Assembly (NCBI GenBank): GCA_963749445.1
Contig: CAVVMJ010000010.1
Location: 43,913 to 107,912, forward strand
Source: an uncultured bacterium
Lineage (GTDB): Bacteria; Patescibacteriota; Doudnabacteria; UBA920
Direction of reading: 5' to 3'
Length of the DNA: 64,000 bases
How positions within the stretch are numbered: position 1 is the stretch's first letter; every line of letters begins with the position of its first letter. Position numbers and translations under genes: made by a program. The notes below the pieces were generated by a model. It ran no database searches and had not been told where the DNA came from. It saw only the letters and a list, made by a program, of their open reading frames with translations. Shown here in pieces: positions 34,930 to 43,365 of the stretch.

Positions 34930-36960
34930 ATGGAAGAATTAGAAAGCCAAATCGCCAAAATCCAACTAGGCAATTTCCGGCATACCGCCAGTTTCGTTTA
35001 CGCGATGGCCGAAAAAGCCGGCGGCAGCCCGGCCGAGCTTTTTGCCGTGGCCGAATTGCCCCTGCTCAACCCGGCGGCGCAGGAGTCGTGCGAAAGGATC
35101 TGCCTGGCCATAGCCGGCGCCCTAAGGCGGATTTACAAAAAACCCATAACAGCAGGCAGTTTTGAAACAGCCATTGCCCAAATCAACGACGACCTGGGCG
35201 CAGCAGCTTCTTTGGGCCAAACCCATTGGATCAATAAGCTCAACTGCGTCATCGGCGTCAAAAATGAAAACTCCTTTACCGTCGCTTCCTGCGGCAAGGT
35301 GGCGGCTTACCTGCTGCGGGGCGGCGAGTTCACGGACATTGCCTGTTCCCCGGACCAAAGCCATCCGCTCAAAACTTTTGAAAATTACGCCACGGGCAAA
35401 ATCCGTTTGGGCGATTTGCTGATTTTATCCACCACCCAACTGCTGAATTACGTGGCTTTGGACAGATTAAAAAATATTCTTATGGGGGCGGAATTTTTGC
35501 CCGCAACCCAAACCATCGTCAATTTACTTAAAGACAATGCCGGCCCGGAAGTCGCCTTTGGCGCGATTTTTAACCTCCAGGTACAACCCGGGCAAACCAA
35601 GGACGAAGAAATTGATTTGGAAAGTTACGCGGCGGAGACCCAAACCCCACGCGCTCCGATTTTTGCCAAAGCCTGGGATTACGTAAAATCCATGCTGGCT
35701 TTGGACAAAAAAAAGCGCCAGCCGCAAACCTCCCTGCCCGGCATCAAGTCTACCAGCCGGCTTGCCGGCTTCAAAACCGGCGCCAGATCGGCCTGGAGCA
35801 AAAGCAAAAGTTTTTGGACGCTGTTCGGCCGCGGCACTCAAGCCGGCCGGCGGGCGTTGGATCCCGAAAACTTTAAAACCTACAGCCCGGAAAAAAAGTT
35901 TTTTCTGGTTTCCCTTGGCGTTTTGTTAATGACTTTGGCGGTGTGTTTGACCGTGGCGGTGCACGTCAGGCAAACCCGGCAAAACGACGCGAATACCGCT
36001 GCCCGCTTGAAACAAACGCAAACCCTGCTGGGCAGCGCGCAGACGTCCTTTTTGTACAACGACCAAAACGGCGCCGGTAATTTTTTGGCCCAGGCCGAAC
36101 AGGCTATGCCGCCGACCGGCCAAATCAGCGGCGTTAACAAAACTTTATACCAAACGGTCGGCGGGCAATTGGCGGACCTGCGGCAAAAAATCCAAAAAGA
36201 AACCCAAGCCCAGGTAACAAATCTCGGCGCGCTGGCTTCAGGAAACTCTTTGATTAAATTGCCCAACCTTTTGGCCGTCCAGAGCAAAGGCAGCATCATC
36301 AGCTACAGCCAAACCACGGGAAAAATTGAGGAAGGCGTTTTAAAATCAAACGACAATATTTTGGATGAAGTCTATTTCGGCAATAATTTGGCGGCCATTT
36401 ACAATGGCGGCGCTTTGCGGCTGTGGGATTTTACGACCGGCAATTTAACAGCGCCGTTTACGCAAAACGTGCCGGCCCAAAGCGACTTTACGGGGCTGGC
36501 CGTTTATCCCACCAACAGCCGCGTTTACACTATCAACACCAAAACCGGCCAAATTGTGAGTTTCGCGGTTTTCGCCAATAATTTTATCAAACCGGTAATT
36601 TCCGTTTCCGCTGATGTCCTCAAAAATGCCCAGGATTTGGCTGTTGACGGCGCAATCTATGTACTGGCCAACAAAAGCGTCAGCAAATTCCAAAACGGCC
36701 AGCCGGCAACGTTCAGCATGCCGGTTTTAACCACGCCTTTGAGCGGCAAAGGCAAAATTTACACGGAAAAAGGCTGGCAAAATTTGTATATTTTGGATGT
36801 TGGCAACAGCCGCATAGTAATTTTGGACAAAAAAGGCAATTTGATTTCCGTTTTGCAAAGCAACCAATTTACCAAATTGATAGATTTTTCCGTGGATGAA
36901 AAAAATAAGGTGATGTACGTGCTCAACGATTCCAGTTTGCTCAAAGTGACGCTACCATAA
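34930..36960 (+). CDS. large membrane protein: cytoplasmic N-terminal domain, one TM, C-terminal beta-propeller-like repeat domain
   Basis: 676 aa; TM FFLVSLGVLLMTLAVCLTVAV near residue 320; C-terminal repeated YVLAN/LYILDVGNSRIVILD motifs (NHL/propeller-like). Confidence 0.4.
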   Translation: MEELESQIAKIQLGNFRHTASFVYAMAEKAGGSPAELFAVAELPLLNPAAQESCERICLAIAGALRRIYKKPITAGSFETAIAQINDDLGAAASLGQTHWINKLNCVIGVKNENSFTVASCGKVAAYLLRGGEFTDIACSPDQSHPLKTFENYATGKIRLGDLLILSTTQLLNYVALDRLKNILMGAEFLPATQTIVNLLKDNAGPEVAFGAIFNLQVQPGQTKDEEIDLESYAAETQTPRAPIFAKAWDYVKSMLALDKKKRQPQTSLPGIKSTSRLAGFKTGARSAWSKSKSFWTLFGRGTQAGRRALDPENFKTYSPEKKFFLVSLGVLLMTLAVCLTVAVHVRQTRQNDANTAARLKQTQTLLGSAQTSFLYNDQNGAGNFLAQAEQAMPPTGQISGVNKTLYQTVGGQLADLRQKIQKETQAQVTNLGALASGNSLIKLPNLLAVQSKGSIISYSQTTGKIEEGVLKSNDNILDEVYFGNNLAAIYNGGALRLWDFTTGNLTAPFTQNVPAQSDFTGLAVYPTNSRVYTINTKTGQIVSFAVFANNFIKPVISVSADVLKNAQDLAVDGAIYVLANKSVSKFQNGQPATFSMPVLTTPLSGKGKIYTEKGWQNLYILDVGNSRIVILDKKGNLISVLQSNQFTKLIDFSVDEKNKVMYVLNDSSLLKVTLP

Positions 36961-37056
36961 TTTAATAAACATAGTAGCGTCATCCTGAGGAGTGCACCCG
37001 ACGAAGGATCTCAAACACGGTTAAAAGATTCTTCGTCCCCCAGATGCATTCGGGAC

Positions 37057-38421
37057 TCAGAATGACGCCCTTGATAAATAATCTCCGATAATTTGCCTGG
37101 TTTCGTCCAGGTTTTTTGTTTGCATTAGCTTGGCGCGTAGCTCGTGCGCGCCGGCAAAACCGGAACAATAAGCTTTAAAATGCTTGCGCATAATCGCGAA
37201 TGATTTATTTTTGCCAAGTTCCCGGTCAAACAGTTCCGCGTGTTCCAGCATGACGCGGAGGCGTTCTTTTATGTCCGTCTGGTAATTATCATCGCGAAAT
37301 ACCCAAGGGTGCCCAAACGCTCCCCTGCCGATCATTACGCCGTCGCAACCCGTCTCCGCGACGCGCGCCAGCCCTTCCTCGCGCGACTTAATGTCGCCAT
37401 TCCCGATAATCAAAGTCTTAGCCCTTAGCCCTAAAACCTTAGCCCTGATATTCACCGCCTCGGCAATCTTGTCCCAATGCGCCGGAACTTTGGACATTTC
37501 CTGTTTGGTACGGCCGTGCAAAATCAGCGCCGCGATGTCCATCGCGAGCAAATTTTCCACCCATTTTTCCATCTCCGATGTTTTGCTGTAGCCGATGCGG
37601 GTTTTGACTGATATCGGCACCAAAACCACCTCCCCCCTCGGCTTCGCTCGGGGTACTCCTCCTTGAAAAGGAGGAGAGCTCCGCACTTTATCCGATAACG
37701 GGGACAATTGCGGAGCCTCCCCTCCTGTTAAGGAGGGGTGTCCCGCGGAGCGGGACGGGGTGGTTGGAGATTGCACGGATTGTCCCGACAGCCACCCTTC
37801 TTTTGTCGCGCTGATGATTTCCCAGGCGAGTTTCGGTTCGCGGATAAGCGCCGCGCAAGTCCCGCCCGCAATTTCTTTTTGCTGCGGACAGCCCATATTA
37901 ATGTCAATGCCGTCAAATTTTAAATCGCGGATGATTCGCGCGGCCTCTTTAAATTTTTCCGGGTCGCGCCCCCACAACTGCGCCACAATCGGTCTCTGCG
38001 CTTCGCTGTATTTTAAATCGATGGATAAATTTTTCCTGCCTTCCGGATGCGTCAACCCGTCCACGTTTATAAATTCCGTGAACGTAACAAAATTATTACC
38101 ACCTCCCCCGCCTTCGGCGGGTACTCCTCCTATGAGAGGAGGAGAGCTCCGCAAAATATTCGAGGATAACCGCGGAGCGCTCCCCTCCTTTTTTGAGGCC
38201 TTGATGAAGGCAAAGGAGGGGTGGCTCGCGCAGCGAGACGGGGTGGTACTTCCACTTTTAACTTTTAATTTTCCACTTTTAACTTGCCCGCCATAGCGGG
38301 CCACCATCTCCCGAAACGCAAAGTCAGTGACTTGCTCCATCGGAGCCAAGCAAAATATCGGTTTCTTTAAATTATTCCAAAAATTATTCATTGCGCAAGC
38401 AAACGACCTCTCTGTCGCCAA
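37057..38421 (-). CDS. tRNA-dihydrouridine synthase (Dus family; specific paralog not determined) carrying three in-frame repeat-element insertions
   Basis: CLAPMEQVTDFAFREMV, DINMGCPQQKEIAGGTCAAL and IGNGDI motifs. At 454 aa versus about 330 expected. Inserts correspond to family F1 copies at 38098-38240 and 37625-37766 and a short TTAGCCCT repeat at 37416-37451. Confidence 0.8.
   Translation of the reverse strand: MATERSFACAMNNFWNNLKKPIFCLAPMEQVTDFAFREMVARYGGQVKSGKLKVKSGSTTPSRCASHPSFAFIKASKKEGSAPRLSSNILRSSPPLIGGVPAEGGGGGNNFVTFTEFINVDGLTHPEGRKNLSIDLKYSEAQRPIVAQLWGRDPEKFKEAARIIRDLKFDGIDINMGCPQQKEIAGGTCAALIREPKLAWEIISATKEGWLSGQSVQSPTTPSRSAGHPSLTGGEAPQLSPLSDKVRSSPPFQGGVPRAKPRGEVVLVPISVKTRIGYSKTSEMEKWVENLLAMDIAALILHGRTKQEMSKVPAHWDKIAEAVNIRAKVLGLRAKTLIIGNGDIKSREEGLARVAETGCDGVMIGRGAFGHPWVFRDDNYQTDIKERLRVMLEHAELFDRELGKNKSFAIMRKHFKAYCSGFAGAHELRAKLMQTKNLDETRQIIGDYLSRASF
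37625..37766. repeat. palindromic repeat family F1, copy A (module order 1 then 2), inside dus
   Basis: CCACCTCCCCCC..GGGGTACTCCTCCttgaaaaGGAGGAGAGCTCCGC ... GCGGAGCCTCCCCTCCtgttaaGGAGGGGTG..GGGACGGGGTGG. Confidence 0.85.
38098..38285. repeat. palindromic repeat family F1, copy B, plus adjacent tandem TTCCACTTTTAACTT x2, inside dus
   Basis: Same module structure. Module 2 is nearly identical to the copies at 62499 and 63405. Confidence 0.85.
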
Positions 38422-38768
38422 AAACGATATTATTCTAAAAATTTTGGCGACATCTCCCCTCGCCAGGGGAGAATAATAATGAAGAATCTATCGCGAAATC
38501 CGTCACCTCTTCCATCGGCGCGAGGCAAAATATCGGTTTTTTTAGTTGTTGCCAAAAGTTGACAAACATATATTTATAACATAGCTGCCATCCCGAGGAG
38601 TGCAGCCGACGAGGGATCTTTCACATAGTTTAAATCAAAAACCGCGCTGATGCAATCGGTGCGGTTTTTGAACGTTTGATGATAATCGATGATTATTTAG
38701 GGGATCCTTCGGCCGCCTGTATAATTCTGATGACGGCCTCGGGATGAATTTGAAATAACAATGCTGTG

Positions 38769-39149
38769 TTATTTCAAATTCACCTTGCCGCCGGCGTCTT
38801 CAATTTTCTTTTTCCAGGCTTCAGCGTCGGCTTTGGCCACGTTTTCTTTGATGACCTTGGGCGCGGCATCCACGATATCCTTGGCTTCTTTGAGCCCGAG
38901 GCCCGTGACTTCGCGCACGACTTTGATTACGGAAATTTTGTTGGCGCCGGTTTCGGCGAGCTCAACCGTAAATTCCGTTTTTTCCTCGGCCGGGGCGGCC
39001 GCGGCGGCTGCCGGACCCGCCATCATCATGGCCGGGGCGGCGGCGGAAACGCCGAATTTCTCTTCCAAAACTTTTACCAGTTCGCTTAATTCGAGCACGG
39101 TGAGCTTTTCAAGGTGTTCGACGATTGTCTTAAACTTTTCTTCGCTCAT
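38769..39149 (-). CDS. rplL: 50S ribosomal protein L7/L12
   Basis: [34 protein letters not shown]...; Ala-rich hinge; C-terminal [26 protein letters not shown]. Confidence 0.95.
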   Translation of the reverse strand: MSEEKFKTIVEHLEKLTVLELSELVKVLEEKFGVSAAAPAMMMAGPAAAAAAPAEEKTEFTVELAETGANKISVIKVVREVTGLGLKEAKDIVDAAPKVIKENVAKADAEAWKKKIEDAGGKVNLK

Positions 39150-39238
39150 AATATTAGTTGATTTCTGAATTCCGGATTGCGGATTGCGGATTAATCCGTA
39201 ATGCGTAATTCGTAATTCGTAATAAATTAATTAATAAT

Positions 39239-39757
39239 TTAGGTTTTTTGCGCTTTAGCGTTTAACACATTAAGCAGCCCGCGGATGGTGCCGGCCAAAA
39301 CGTTGACAAAGCCCGAAACGGGCGCGTTAATGGTGCGGACGATTTGGGCGCGCAGCTGGTCTTTGGACGGCAAATCGGCCAAAACCAAAACCTGGGCCTT
39401 GTTGACCAATTTTTTATCCACAATCCCTTCAAGCACCAAAATGGTTTTTAAATCCTTGGACAGATTTTTTACCGCGCGGGCCGGAGCGGTTTCGTCATCG
39501 GCCGAGACCGACAAAATCATCGGCTGTTTGTAATCCGCGATTTCCCCATCAATCCCCGCGTCCTTCATGGCCTTTTTGACCAAAGTGAGTTTATAGACTT
39601 TGGAAAAAACTTTTTGTCTACGCAGGGTTTTGCGGAAAGTATCCAGGTCTTTAACCGTTGTGCCGCGGTAATTGGAAAACACCACGCCTTTGGCTTCCTT
39701 GAGTTTGGCCGTGAGTTCCTTTAGGTCTTCGGTTTTCTGATTTTTTGCTTTGGGCAT
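39239..39757 (-). CDS. rplJ: 50S ribosomal protein L10
   Basis: 172 aa, N-terminus MPKAKNQKTEDLKELTAKLKEAKGVVFSNYRGTTVKDL. Placement immediately upstream of rplL. Confidence 0.9.
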   Translation of the reverse strand: MPKAKNQKTEDLKELTAKLKEAKGVVFSNYRGTTVKDLDTFRKTLRRQKVFSKVYKLTLVKKAMKDAGIDGEIADYKQPMILSVSADDETAPARAVKNLSKDLKTILVLEGIVDKKLVNKAQVLVLADLPSKDQLRAQIVRTINAPVSGFVNVLAGTIRGLLNVLNAKAQKT

Positions 39758-39900
39758 AATTTATTAGTAGTTAGCAGATAGTATTTAGCAGTTAGGGCTA
39801 GATCGACCTCGTAGCCGATAAATATCCTTTTAATAAAAAGACTCGGGCTTACCCGAGTGAATAAGTGTAGTGTGCACATTTATGGGCAACTAATGATGGC
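39758..39900 (-). promoter_or_regulatory. rplJ 5' leader (candidate L10-leader autoregulatory structure)
   Basis: A 140-nt untranslated region with hairpin potential (GGGCTTACCCGAG..) upstream of rplJ. Call is by position only. Confidence 0.3.
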
Positions 39901-39911
39901 CGATAAATCGG

Positions 39912-40040
39912 CGCACTACATTTTCCTCGGTGGGTTTACCCGCCTAAATTTTGCGCTTGTCTTTAGGGTTTGATAAATAACGAAATAATTTTGTTATCGA
40001 TCAAATTTCCAACTAATTGGGCAAAATTTTGGCGGGTGAA
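39912..40040. repeat. MITE-like repeat family F4, second element
   Basis: TTTACCCGCCTAAATTTTGCGC ... AATTGGGCAAAATTTTGGCGGGTGAA flanking an 85-nt core. Confidence 0.7.
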
Positions 40041-40253
40041 TTAAGGCCTTTCGGCCGCCAACTGTCTTTGGATATTTTCCGCCGGTCCTCGACTCTGAGG
40101 GACGAGCATCGCTCGGACTCGAATGAGAGACGGATCCGCCTTTGGCGGAAATTAAACCTATTATAGCAAACCCTTTAAAATCCGTCAACCCGCATCCGTA
40201 GATCTGTGTCCCGACATTTTAAGGCTAAAAAATCACAGCTGTGATAATTCAGC

Positions 40254-40892
40254 CTAATGCCCCAGTGCAAACTTGGGCAAATAATCAATCAATGCCGCGG
40301 CTTCGCGCAGGTAATGGAAAACCAAATCAGCCGACGAATACCCGCCGGACGTCTCCGGCGCTTTCCAATAAACCGGGCTAAACCCGGCCAGTTTGGCGGT
40401 AATCACGCCGCGCGCCAAATGGTAGGTATCGCTGACAATAATAACGCTTTTGGCCGACGGAATTAATTTTTTGGAATCGGCGATGTTTTCAAAAGTTGAT
40501 TGGGAATTTTGTTCCAAAATCATCACCGGCGCTTTATTCTCCCTCCCCTTTTGAGGGGAGGGATTAAGGGAGAGGTTGCTGTCTGATTCTTTCGCCACCT
40601 CATCCAGCACCGCGTTCTCCATATACTGCGCTTCGGAAATAGATTTAGGATAATCCTCCCCGCCGGACAAAACCAGTACGGGCGCCTTGCCTTCATCGTA
40701 CAGTTTTAACCCCTCAAGCGCGCGGTTATAAGCCGCTGGCGTCTTAATGGCCGCGCCAAGCACTATAATAGCGTCCGCCTGCCCCACCGGCCGCTGCCAG
40801 TGCCCCACGCCAATCACAACGCCAAGCGATATAACAAACACCGCGCACGTGGCGTAAATTAAATATCTGATGGTTTTCCAAAGTTTCCTCAT
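40254..40892 (-). CDS. DUF218 (YdcF/ElyC/SanA-like) membrane-anchored protein with an in-frame mini-repeat insertion
   Basis: N-terminal TM; LVLSGGEDYPKSISEA and TFENIADSK motifs. Insert at 40548-40585 encodes NPSPQKGREN. Confidence 0.55.
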   Translation of the reverse strand: MRKLWKTIRYLIYATCAVFVISLGVVIGVGHWQRPVGQADAIIVLGAAIKTPAAYNRALEGLKLYDEGKAPVLVLSGGEDYPKSISEAQYMENAVLDEVAKESDSNLSLNPSPQKGRENKAPVMILEQNSQSTFENIADSKKLIPSAKSVIIVSDTYHLARGVITAKLAGFSPVYWKAPETSGGYSSADLVFHYLREAAALIDYLPKFALGH

Positions 40893-40995
40893 ATGCCTTT
40901 AATTATAGCACTTTTCTTTTTTACCCAGATTTTGTATAATATATCAGTTACCCGATGTTAATCGTTAATTGTAAATTGTTAATCGTTGTCCGCAT

Positions 40996-41069
40996 TGGGG
41001 TGTAGCCAAGCGGTAAGGCAAGCGGCTCTGAACCGCTCATCCCAGGTTCGAATCCTGGCACCCCAGCCA
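40996..41069 (+). tRNA. tRNA-Gln (anticodon CTG) with encoded CCA
   Basis: TGGGGTGTAGCCAAGCGGTAAGGCAAGCGGCTCTGAACCGCTCATCCCAGGTTCGAATCCTGGCACCCCAGCCA; the U1:A72 pair and overall sequence are close to E. coli tRNA-Gln. Confidence 0.85.
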
Positions 41070-41077
41070 ACACTTTT

Positions 41078-41102
41078 CACCAATGTTTATTGGTGTTTTT
41101 TG
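41078..41102 (+). terminator. rho-independent terminator after tRNA-Gln
   Basis: CACCAAT-gttt-ATTGGTG followed by TTTTTT. Confidence 0.6.
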
Positions 41103-41167
41103 TTAGGCTATAAATTACTTTGGAGCTGTGATATAATAATGATGTAAAATACATTAATTCATTTTTT

Positions 41168-41383
41168 ATGAGTATAAACAATAGCGGCGAATTTGTTAGG
41201 GATAGCGAAGGTCCCGATATTAGCGGAAATCCCGAACGAGAAGAGCTAATAAGGCAATCTAGGGAACGGGCAGCAAGACAAGGCCAAGAGCCAGATCCAG
41301 TAGAAGAAACCAACCCTGAAATTAGGGCAAGGCAAAAAGCCGAAATGAAAAGACGCCTTTGGGCAATAATTTTATCTTACTAA
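41168..41383 (+). CDS. small charged protein (hypothetical)
   Basis: 71-aa ORF, Glu/Arg-rich; weak support. Confidence 0.2.
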   Translation: MSINNSGEFVRDSEGPDISGNPEREELIRQSRERAARQGQEPDPVEETNPEIRARQKAEMKRRLWAIILSY

Positions 41384-41509
41384 ATTTCTAACTTGGTCAA
41401 ATAAGACAGCCTTTAAAAATCACAAAACAACGAAACGCCAACGAGGCGTTTTTTTGATGCACCCAAAAACCAACATCCTTCGTATTAAAATTACAGAAAG
41501 TCAAATTCT

Positions 41510-42386
41510 ATGCGGAAAAAATATTCCTCTTTTTTAACCAGTTTGGCGGCGGCGGTTATTGTTATGCCGGTTTTTTTGGCGCAAACGGCGGCTGCGCAAA
41601 CCGTTAACAGCTCACGCAACTGGGCGGGTTATGTGGCTCAAAGCGGGCCGTACACCTCGGTCAGCGGTTCCTGGGGTTGTACCAGCAGTAAGCGGCGCGG
41701 GATCAACATCAGCCGACGCAGAGTGGGTCGGCATCGGCGGCGTCAGCTCCCCCGATTTAATCCAAAGCGGCACCCAGGCAATTACGGACACCAACGGACA
41801 AATTACATACCAGGCCTGGCTGGAAACTTTGCCGCAGGTCTCGCAATTCATCCCTGTTGCCGTCAAACCCGGCGACAGCGTAAGCGCGTCCATTACCCAA
41901 ACCTCGACCAACCAGTGGCAAATAGTTTTTAATGATTTAACCTCCACCCAAACTTTCCAGACAACTGTATCATACGTCTCTTCCCAATCTTCAGCAGAAT
42001 GGATAGTGGAAGCGCCGGCCTTGCGCGGCGGATTTTTGCCCCTGGATAATTTTGGCACAATCCAATTCAGCGGCGGCTTGGCAACGGCTAACGGCCAAAC
42101 TCAAACCATCGCGGGATCCGGCGCCGCGATTATTAACATGCTCAACAACAGCCAACAGGCATTGGCCAATGTTTCGGCTTTGGATGGTTCCGGCCAAAGC
42201 TTTACCGTAACCCGCACTTCTGCCACCGCCTCACCGCCGACCGGCCGCTACATTATTTCCCGCGGCCGCACTTTCCGCCGCGGCGGCAGTGGCGTCAACC
42301 AGCGCACGACCTGGCCGTGGGGTTTTGGCGGCAATGGTTTGAGAAATAATAACCGGATGATGTTTAGGTTTTCGTTTGATAGATAA
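41510..42386 (+). CDS. secreted peptidase G1 (eqolisin/scytalidoglutamic peptidase)-like protein, with a frameshift in a G4 run near 41672-41675
   Basis: Signal peptide; SRNWAGYVA, AEWVGIGG and QSSAEWIVEAP motifs of the G1 family. The N-terminal 50 aa lie in the frame of ORF 41510..41932 and the rest in 41559..42386. Confidence 0.55.
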
Positions 42387-42432
42387 AACTGCTTTTTGGT
42401 CGTAGCTTACAGCCCGCGCAATATCCGCACTT

Positions 42433-42537
42433 CCTGTCATTGCGAGGAGGCCGGGGCTTCGACCGGCCGACGCGGCAATCTCCTTCAACAATCGATAAAG
42501 ATTGCTTCGGTCGGATGCTACTGCCTCGCAATGACAG
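42433..42537 (+). other. compound hairpin element in an ORF-free gap
   Basis: Outer stem CTGTCATTGCGAGG / CCTCGCAATGACAG encloses two inner hairpins (GCCGGggcttcgaCCGGC; GCAATCT...AGATTGC). Confidence 0.6.
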
Positions 42538-42616
42538 CAAGTTTCGGTTTCTCTTGGCTTGAGCCGCCGGAACTGCTATAATTTAAAGGTCGTCAATCAT
42601 TAATCAAACCATACAA

Positions 42617-42919
42617 ATGGACCAACCAACTGAGACTAAAGATTCCCGTTCCCACGATTGCTCCTGCGGCATGGGCGGATGCCACGGCCACTGGGGCAGG
42701 TTTTCCCTGCTCCGCATACTGCTCGCCCTGATAGTCGCCGTTTTGCTGTTCGTGTTCGGCTTTGCCCTGGGCAGAGTCAGCGGCGGACGTTTCCGCGCCG
42801 GCAACATGATGTACTACCGCGGAGGCGCGCCCCTGATGCGCTATTATCAGGGTTATGCCCCGGGAACCATGGTGCCCTATGGCAACTGGCCAACGGCCAC
42901 CAGCACCCCTGCGAAATAG
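42617..42919 (+). CDS. small membrane protein with N-terminal Cys/His cluster
   Basis: HDCSCGMGGCHGHW followed by a TM segment LLRILLALIVAVLLFVFGFAL. Confidence 0.45.
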   Translation: MDQPTETKDSRSHDCSCGMGGCHGHWGRFSLLRILLALIVAVLLFVFGFALGRVSGGRFRAGNMMYYRGGAPLMRYYQGYAPGTMVPYGNWPTATSTPAK

Positions 42920-42932
42920 TTAGAATTGATAA

Positions 42933-42966
42933 CCCCGCCCTTTGCTAGCAAAGGGCGGGGTTTTTG
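42933..42966 (+). terminator. rho-independent terminator
   Basis: CCCCGCCCTTTGC-tag-GCAAAGGGCGGGG followed by TTTTT. Confidence 0.75.
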
Positions 42967-43021
42967 CGCTTTTTTATGGCTGTGATAAACTATTATCAGA
43001 GCAACTTTATCCTTACCCGCA

Positions 43022-43204
43022 ATGAAAACCCTTAAACGCCTCCTAATCGTCCTGCTGGTTTTGGCCGCTGTGTTTTTGTACTGGTTTTTACCCAAATATT
43101 CCTTTGTCCGTAAAAATCCCGGCTATTGCACGAATTTAACCTCGCACATTTACTACTGCGGAAGCCAGGCGGGGCTGGACAGGCTGTTTGACACAGTGAA
43201 ATAG
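43022..43204 (+). CDS. small membrane protein (hypothetical)
   Basis: 60-aa ORF with one TM. Confidence 0.2.
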   Translation: MKTLKRLLIVLLVLAAVFLYWFLPKYSFVRKNPGYCTNLTSHIYYCGSQAGLDRLFDTVK

Positions 43205-43365
43205 CGGCAGGCTTTCTGCTAAATGCTAAAGAAGCTAAAAAATACTAAACTTATATGCATCGGCTTTTTTTGTATTTAGTATATTTTAGTATTTAGTAGG
43301 GATTTGACAGAACTTCATCGGCAATCGTATAATAATACCAAAGACCAAAATCATCCGAAACTAAA

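Noticed and set aside
38241-38285. Tandem TTCCACTTTTAACTT x2 as an independent minisatellite
   Set aside because: There are only two units, directly adjacent to F1 copy B inside dus. I treat it as part of that insertion rather than a separate feature.
37738-38296. Plus-strand ORFs inside dus (37760..38296 at 178 aa, 37738..37923)
   Set aside because: They arise from the stop-poor GC-rich F1 repeat sequences. The minus-strand frame carries all Dus catalytic motifs.
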